From: an uncultured delta proteobacterium
GTDB taxonomy: Bacteria > Myxococcota > Myxococcia > Myxococcales > Anaeromyxobacteraceae
Assembly: GCA_963828255.1 (NCBI GenBank)
Contig: CAWHDZ010000007.1
Coordinates: 64,001-128,000 of the forward strand
DNA length: 64,000 bases
Direction of reading: 5' to 3'
The notes beneath the pieces were generated by a model. It worked only from the letters and a program-made list of their open reading frames with translations. It had not been told where the DNA came from and made no database searches. Position numbers and translations under genes: made by a program. Of the stretch, positions 60,836-64,000 are shown piece after piece. Positions within the stretch are counted from its first letter, which is position 1; each line of letters opens with the position of its first letter.

Positions 60836-62050
60836 TCACCACGTGTGAGCGAAGTCCACCTTGGCGGAGATCTGGAAGCGGAAGTCGGTGCCCGAGGCGC
60901 CCCCCTTGTCGCGCCGCTCGCCGAAGAGGAACTCGGCGCCGCTCATGACCGCGGGGACGGGGCGGTAGATCAGGTTGGCCGAGGCGTACTGGCCCATCTC
61001 GAAGGCGCTCGGATCCTGCTGGTCGGTGGTCCACATGCGGGTCATCGACCAGCCGACGGCGCTCGTGAACTGGTCGCTCCAGGCGTGGTCGTAGAAGGCG
61101 ACCAGGCCGAGGAGGGGAACCGCCTTCGCGGCGCCGTCCTGGGGTGCGACGTCCCAGGAGGCGTCGTTCATGTAGTTGGCGATCCCGGCCCCGTAGACGG
61201 CCTGCAGGCGGAGCCGGTCCCGCCCCCAGGTGTTCACCACCGAGGCCAGGTTCACGCCCCACCCCGTCGTGTACCCCCAGTGGTACAGGGCCGTGGCCGA
61301 GGGGAGCACCTGGTAGCCGAGCCAGCGCAGGACCCCCGAGGCCTGGAGGTGCCCGAAGCCGCCGGTGAGCCGGTAGCGCGCGGTCACGTCGGGGAAGCGG
61401 GTGTAGGGCTGGGCCTCCAGCAGCGGATCCACCCCGCCGCCGGCGCCGCTGTCGATGGCCAGGCCGGGCGCCTCGATGGCGACCGCGAGGGAGTGTTCCC
61501 CGGAGATGGGCGTCCAGCGCAGCTGCGGATTGCGCAGGAAGACCATGCCGGCCGGACCCCAGTAGTCGATGACGTCGGGGAAGACGTCGCCGTCCATGAA
61601 GAGGCTCGGCGCCTGGCCGGCCAGGAACTGCCAGTACTCGGCGTAGGCGAGGCGCAGGCGGATGGTGGTCTGCCCGGCGTTCACGCCGACGCCGAACAGG
61701 TCGAACTCGAACTGGGCGCGGGCGGTGCTGAAGCCGGCGGGGATCTCGCCCCACACGCCGAAGCGGGTCTGCTTCACGCTCAGGCTGGTCTCGCCGTTGG
61801 GCCCGAACAGCTCGGGCTGGGTGGGGATCTTGGTGGGGCGCAGGGTGTCCTTCCAGTCGGGCTGGACCCGCTTCAGGTCCCCGATCACGTCGAGCTGGGC
61901 GAAGCCGTAGATCTTGAAGGTGGGCTTCGTGGCCGGCTCGCCCGGCTGGACCTGCGCGGCCGACGGCGATGCGATCAGGGCGGCGAGGAGCAGCGCTGCC
62001 GCCCGGGCCACGAGCCCGGGGCGGAGGAGGTGGGGCGATGGTCCCGGCAT
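60836..62050 (-). CDS. DcaP-like outer-membrane porin
   Basis: KIYGFAQLD, SVKQTRFG, FEFDLFG, RLRLAYAE, IDYWGP; C-terminal FRFQISAKVDF. Confidence 0.85.
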   Translation of the reverse strand: MPGPSPHLLRPGLVARAAALLLAALIASPSAAQVQPGEPATKPTFKIYGFAQLDVIGDLKRVQPDWKDTLRPTKIPTQPELFGPNGETSLSVKQTRFGVWGEIPAGFSTARAQFEFDLFGVGVNAGQTTIRLRLAYAEYWQFLAGQAPSLFMDGDVFPDVIDYWGPAGMVFLRNPQLRWTPISGEHSLAVAIEAPGLAIDSGAGGGVDPLLEAQPYTRFPDVTARYRLTGGFGHLQASGVLRWLGYQVLPSATALYHWGYTTGWGVNLASVVNTWGRDRLRLQAVYGAGIANYMNDASWDVAPQDGAAKAVPLLGLVAFYDHAWSDQFTSAVGWSMTRMWTTDQQDPSAFEMGQYASANLIYRPVPAVMSGAEFLFGERRDKGGASGTDFRFQISAKVDFAHTW

Positions 62051-62075
62051 GTGGTTCCCCTGGATCCGAAGCGTA

Positions 62076-63113
62076 TCAGCGGCGGTAGGACCATCCAACG
62101 GTGAGCGACGTGATGAAGTCGTTCTTGGGTGCATCGGGATCCGGGGGCCGGGTGTCGAAGGTATCGCTGAACTGCACCCCCACGTTGAAGTCCGTGAAGA
62201 TCTCGTACTTGACCCTGACGGTGAACGTCCCGCGGAGCCGCCCGAGGTCGGAGAGCCCGGGCAGGAGCACCAGCGAGGTGTTCATGTCGAGCTTCGGGGT
62301 GTCGTAGCGGAAGGCGTCCCAGGAGGCGCCGAGGAGGGCGTCGAGCGCGAAGTTCGAGTCGGTGTTGACGTAGGTCTCGCGCGAGCCTGCCAGGCCGCCG
62401 GTGAGCCAGACCTCGGTCCAGCCGTTGCGTACCACCGAATGTGCCACGCCGGGCAGGACCGAGGCGCGGAGGACGAGCTGGAGCTCGTCGTTGTGCTCGA
62501 GCAGCCCGCCCAGGATCGCCCGCCAGCGGTTCATGAAGTACCAGCTGCCCTGCAGCCCCACCGTGTACCGGCTCACCGCCACGTTGTTGGCGTCGTCCTG
62601 GAAGTAGGCGTCGAAGGTCAGGTTGGCGCCGAGATCCTCGGCGCGGTACCCGAACTCGCCCGACGTGGAGAGGGTGGAGGCGTAGTTGGACTTGGCGAAG
62701 GTGAAGCCCAGGTCGAAGATGATGCGGAGGCGGTTCAGGAAGGCCTCGTCCATGGGGACGATCTCGACCGCGTCGGTGATGGCGACGACCTCCGGTGTCG
62801 GAAGCGCGCCGACGGCGAGCTGGTCTTCGGTCGGCGAGGAGAGGGCGCCGTAGATCCGCACCCCCGTCCGCAGTTCCACCTCGTACTGGTGGGTGGAGGA
62901 GATGGTCCGGATCTTGTCCCACTCGATGGAGAGGCGCCCTGCGTCGTCGGTGAGCAGGTCGAGCTTGCCCCGCGACATGCCCTTGATCTCGCCGGTGAGG
63001 TGGTCGCCGTTGCGGAGGACCACCACGTCGGTCTTCTCCCTCGCCGAGGCGGGGAGGGCGGCCACGAGGAGCGCGGCGGCGAGGAGGACCCGGTACACGA
63101 GGGGGCCGAGCAT
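62076..63113 (-). CDS. DUF481-like outer-membrane beta-barrel protein
   Basis: Signal peptide; DVVVLRNGDHLTGEI; C-terminal TSLTVGWSY. Confidence 0.8.
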   Translation of the reverse strand: MLGPLVYRVLLAAALLVAALPASAREKTDVVVLRNGDHLTGEIKGMSRGKLDLLTDDAGRLSIEWDKIRTISSTHQYEVELRTGVRIYGALSSPTEDQLAVGALPTPEVVAITDAVEIVPMDEAFLNRLRIIFDLGFTFAKSNYASTLSTSGEFGYRAEDLGANLTFDAYFQDDANNVAVSRYTVGLQGSWYFMNRWRAILGGLLEHNDELQLVLRASVLPGVAHSVVRNGWTEVWLTGGLAGSRETYVNTDSNFALDALLGASWDAFRYDTPKLDMNTSLVLLPGLSDLGRLRGTFTVRVKYEIFTDFNVGVQFSDTFDTRPPDPDAPKNDFITSLTVGWSYRR

Positions 63114-63226
63114 AGCCGATCCCGGTGCAAGGTCGGCGTTCGTTTCACACCGCCCGGATGCGGGCCGATTCGGGATTGCGCGGGTCGGCATGCCGGATAG
63201 GAAAGGGGTCCAGAACGGAGGTCCAC

Positions 63227-63761
63227 ATGGTCAGGAACTCGATCGTGGTCGCGTTGCTCGTCTCGGTTGCGTCGGTGGCCAGCGCCGAGGACAAGGCTCC
63301 CAGGCCGGGGCCGGAGGTGGAGCGGCTCGGCTTCTTCGTCGGCAAGTGGAAGACCAGCGGCGAGACTGAAGGAGAGCCCCATCATGCCGGCCGGGAAGTA
63401 CGCCGAGAAGTCCACCTGCGAGTGGTTCTCCGGCAAGTTCTCGGTGGTCTGCAAGATCAAGGGCAAGGGGCCCATGGGACCCATGGAGGGGCTCGGGATC
63501 ATGGGCTGGAGCACCGAGGAGAAGGTCTACGTCTACTACGGCGTGGACAACTCCCCGATGGCCTGGACCAGCGTTCCCAGGGGCACGTTCGCCGACGGCG
63601 TCCTGACCTTCGACGACGAGTCGAGGATGGGAGGACAGATGGTGAAGTCCCGGTACGTCATGAAGCAGACCGGGAAGAAGTCGTACTCGTCCACCTGGTC
63701 GATCCTCGGGCCGGACGGCAAGTGGCAGCTGGTGATGGAGGCGACCTCCACCCGGGAGTAG
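63227..63761 (+). pseudogene. DUF1579-like secreted protein with a +1 frameshift near 63364
   Basis: GGAGG-ATG; signal peptide; PGPEVERLGFFVGKWKTSGE continues as KESPIMPAGK..CEWF..GPDGKWQLVME in another frame. Confidence 0.8.
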
Positions 63762-63795
63762 CCGGCCGAGGCTTCCGGCGTGAACTGAAGGGCGG

Positions 63796-64000
63796 ATGAT
63801 CCTCCTCCTCGCCTACCGGCCCCCGCTCCACTGGGAGGCGATGCTCGAGTTCCTCTCCGGGCGCTGCACCGCCGGCGTCGAGCAGGTCGAGGGGGGCGCC
63901 TACCGCCGCACGGTGCGCGTCGGCAAGCGGGTGGGATGGGTGTCGGTGACGGTCGAGCCGGTCCGGCCGGCGCTGCGGGTGGAGGTCTCCAGTTCCCTCT
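63796..64000 (+). CDS. alkA: AlkA-family DNA-3-methyladenine glycosylase, N-terminal part (truncated by the window)
   Basis: LAYRPPLHWEAMLEFLSGRCTAGVEQVEGGAYRRTV matches the AlkA N-terminal domain pattern. Confidence 0.85.
   Translation, partial: MILLLAYRPPLHWEAMLEFLSGRCTAGVEQVEGGAYRRTVRVGKRVGWVSVTVEPVRPALRVEVSSSL

Noticed and set aside
53964..63364. Programmed frameshifting or selenocysteine recoding at the interrupted genes
   Set aside because: No slippery sequences or in-frame TGA with SECIS-like hairpins at these sites.

Overview
This is a very GC-rich bacterial chromosome segment. Gene content, codon style and sigma54-type promoters suggest an Anaeromyxobacter-like myxobacterium, but that is inference. 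About 65 mostly housekeeping or metabolic genes are present, including glgP, lemA-TPM-TPM, amtB, a K+/H+ antiporter, nfeD-SPFH, an FAD/Fe-S oxidoreductase operon, peptidases, map, rsmE, lhgO, an SCO-coxBACD caa3-type oxidase operon, trmJ, glsA with two outer-membrane barrels, and alkA. No rRNA, tRNA, CRISPR array, integrase or transposase was recognised. The most unusual locus is 52.0-53.7 kb. An imperfect ~40-bp direct repeat with a 15-bp perfect core brackets three things: a ~33-codon relic of a BsuBI/PstI-type restriction endonuclease, a ~190-nt densely structured non-coding stretch, and an intact HNH endonuclease gene. Together these form a candidate RNA-associated HNH element in a decayed defence island. 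Other observations are a candidate sigma54-driven ~100-nt sRNA divergent from amtB, a probable CTG start codon, many apparent leaderless genes, Tat-signalled NAD(P) enzymes coupled to an NTT-like transporter, a signal-peptide glutaminase beside porins, and four +1 frameshifts in the last 10 kb that may be sequencing errors. All family calls come from motif recognition by eye; no database searches were run.
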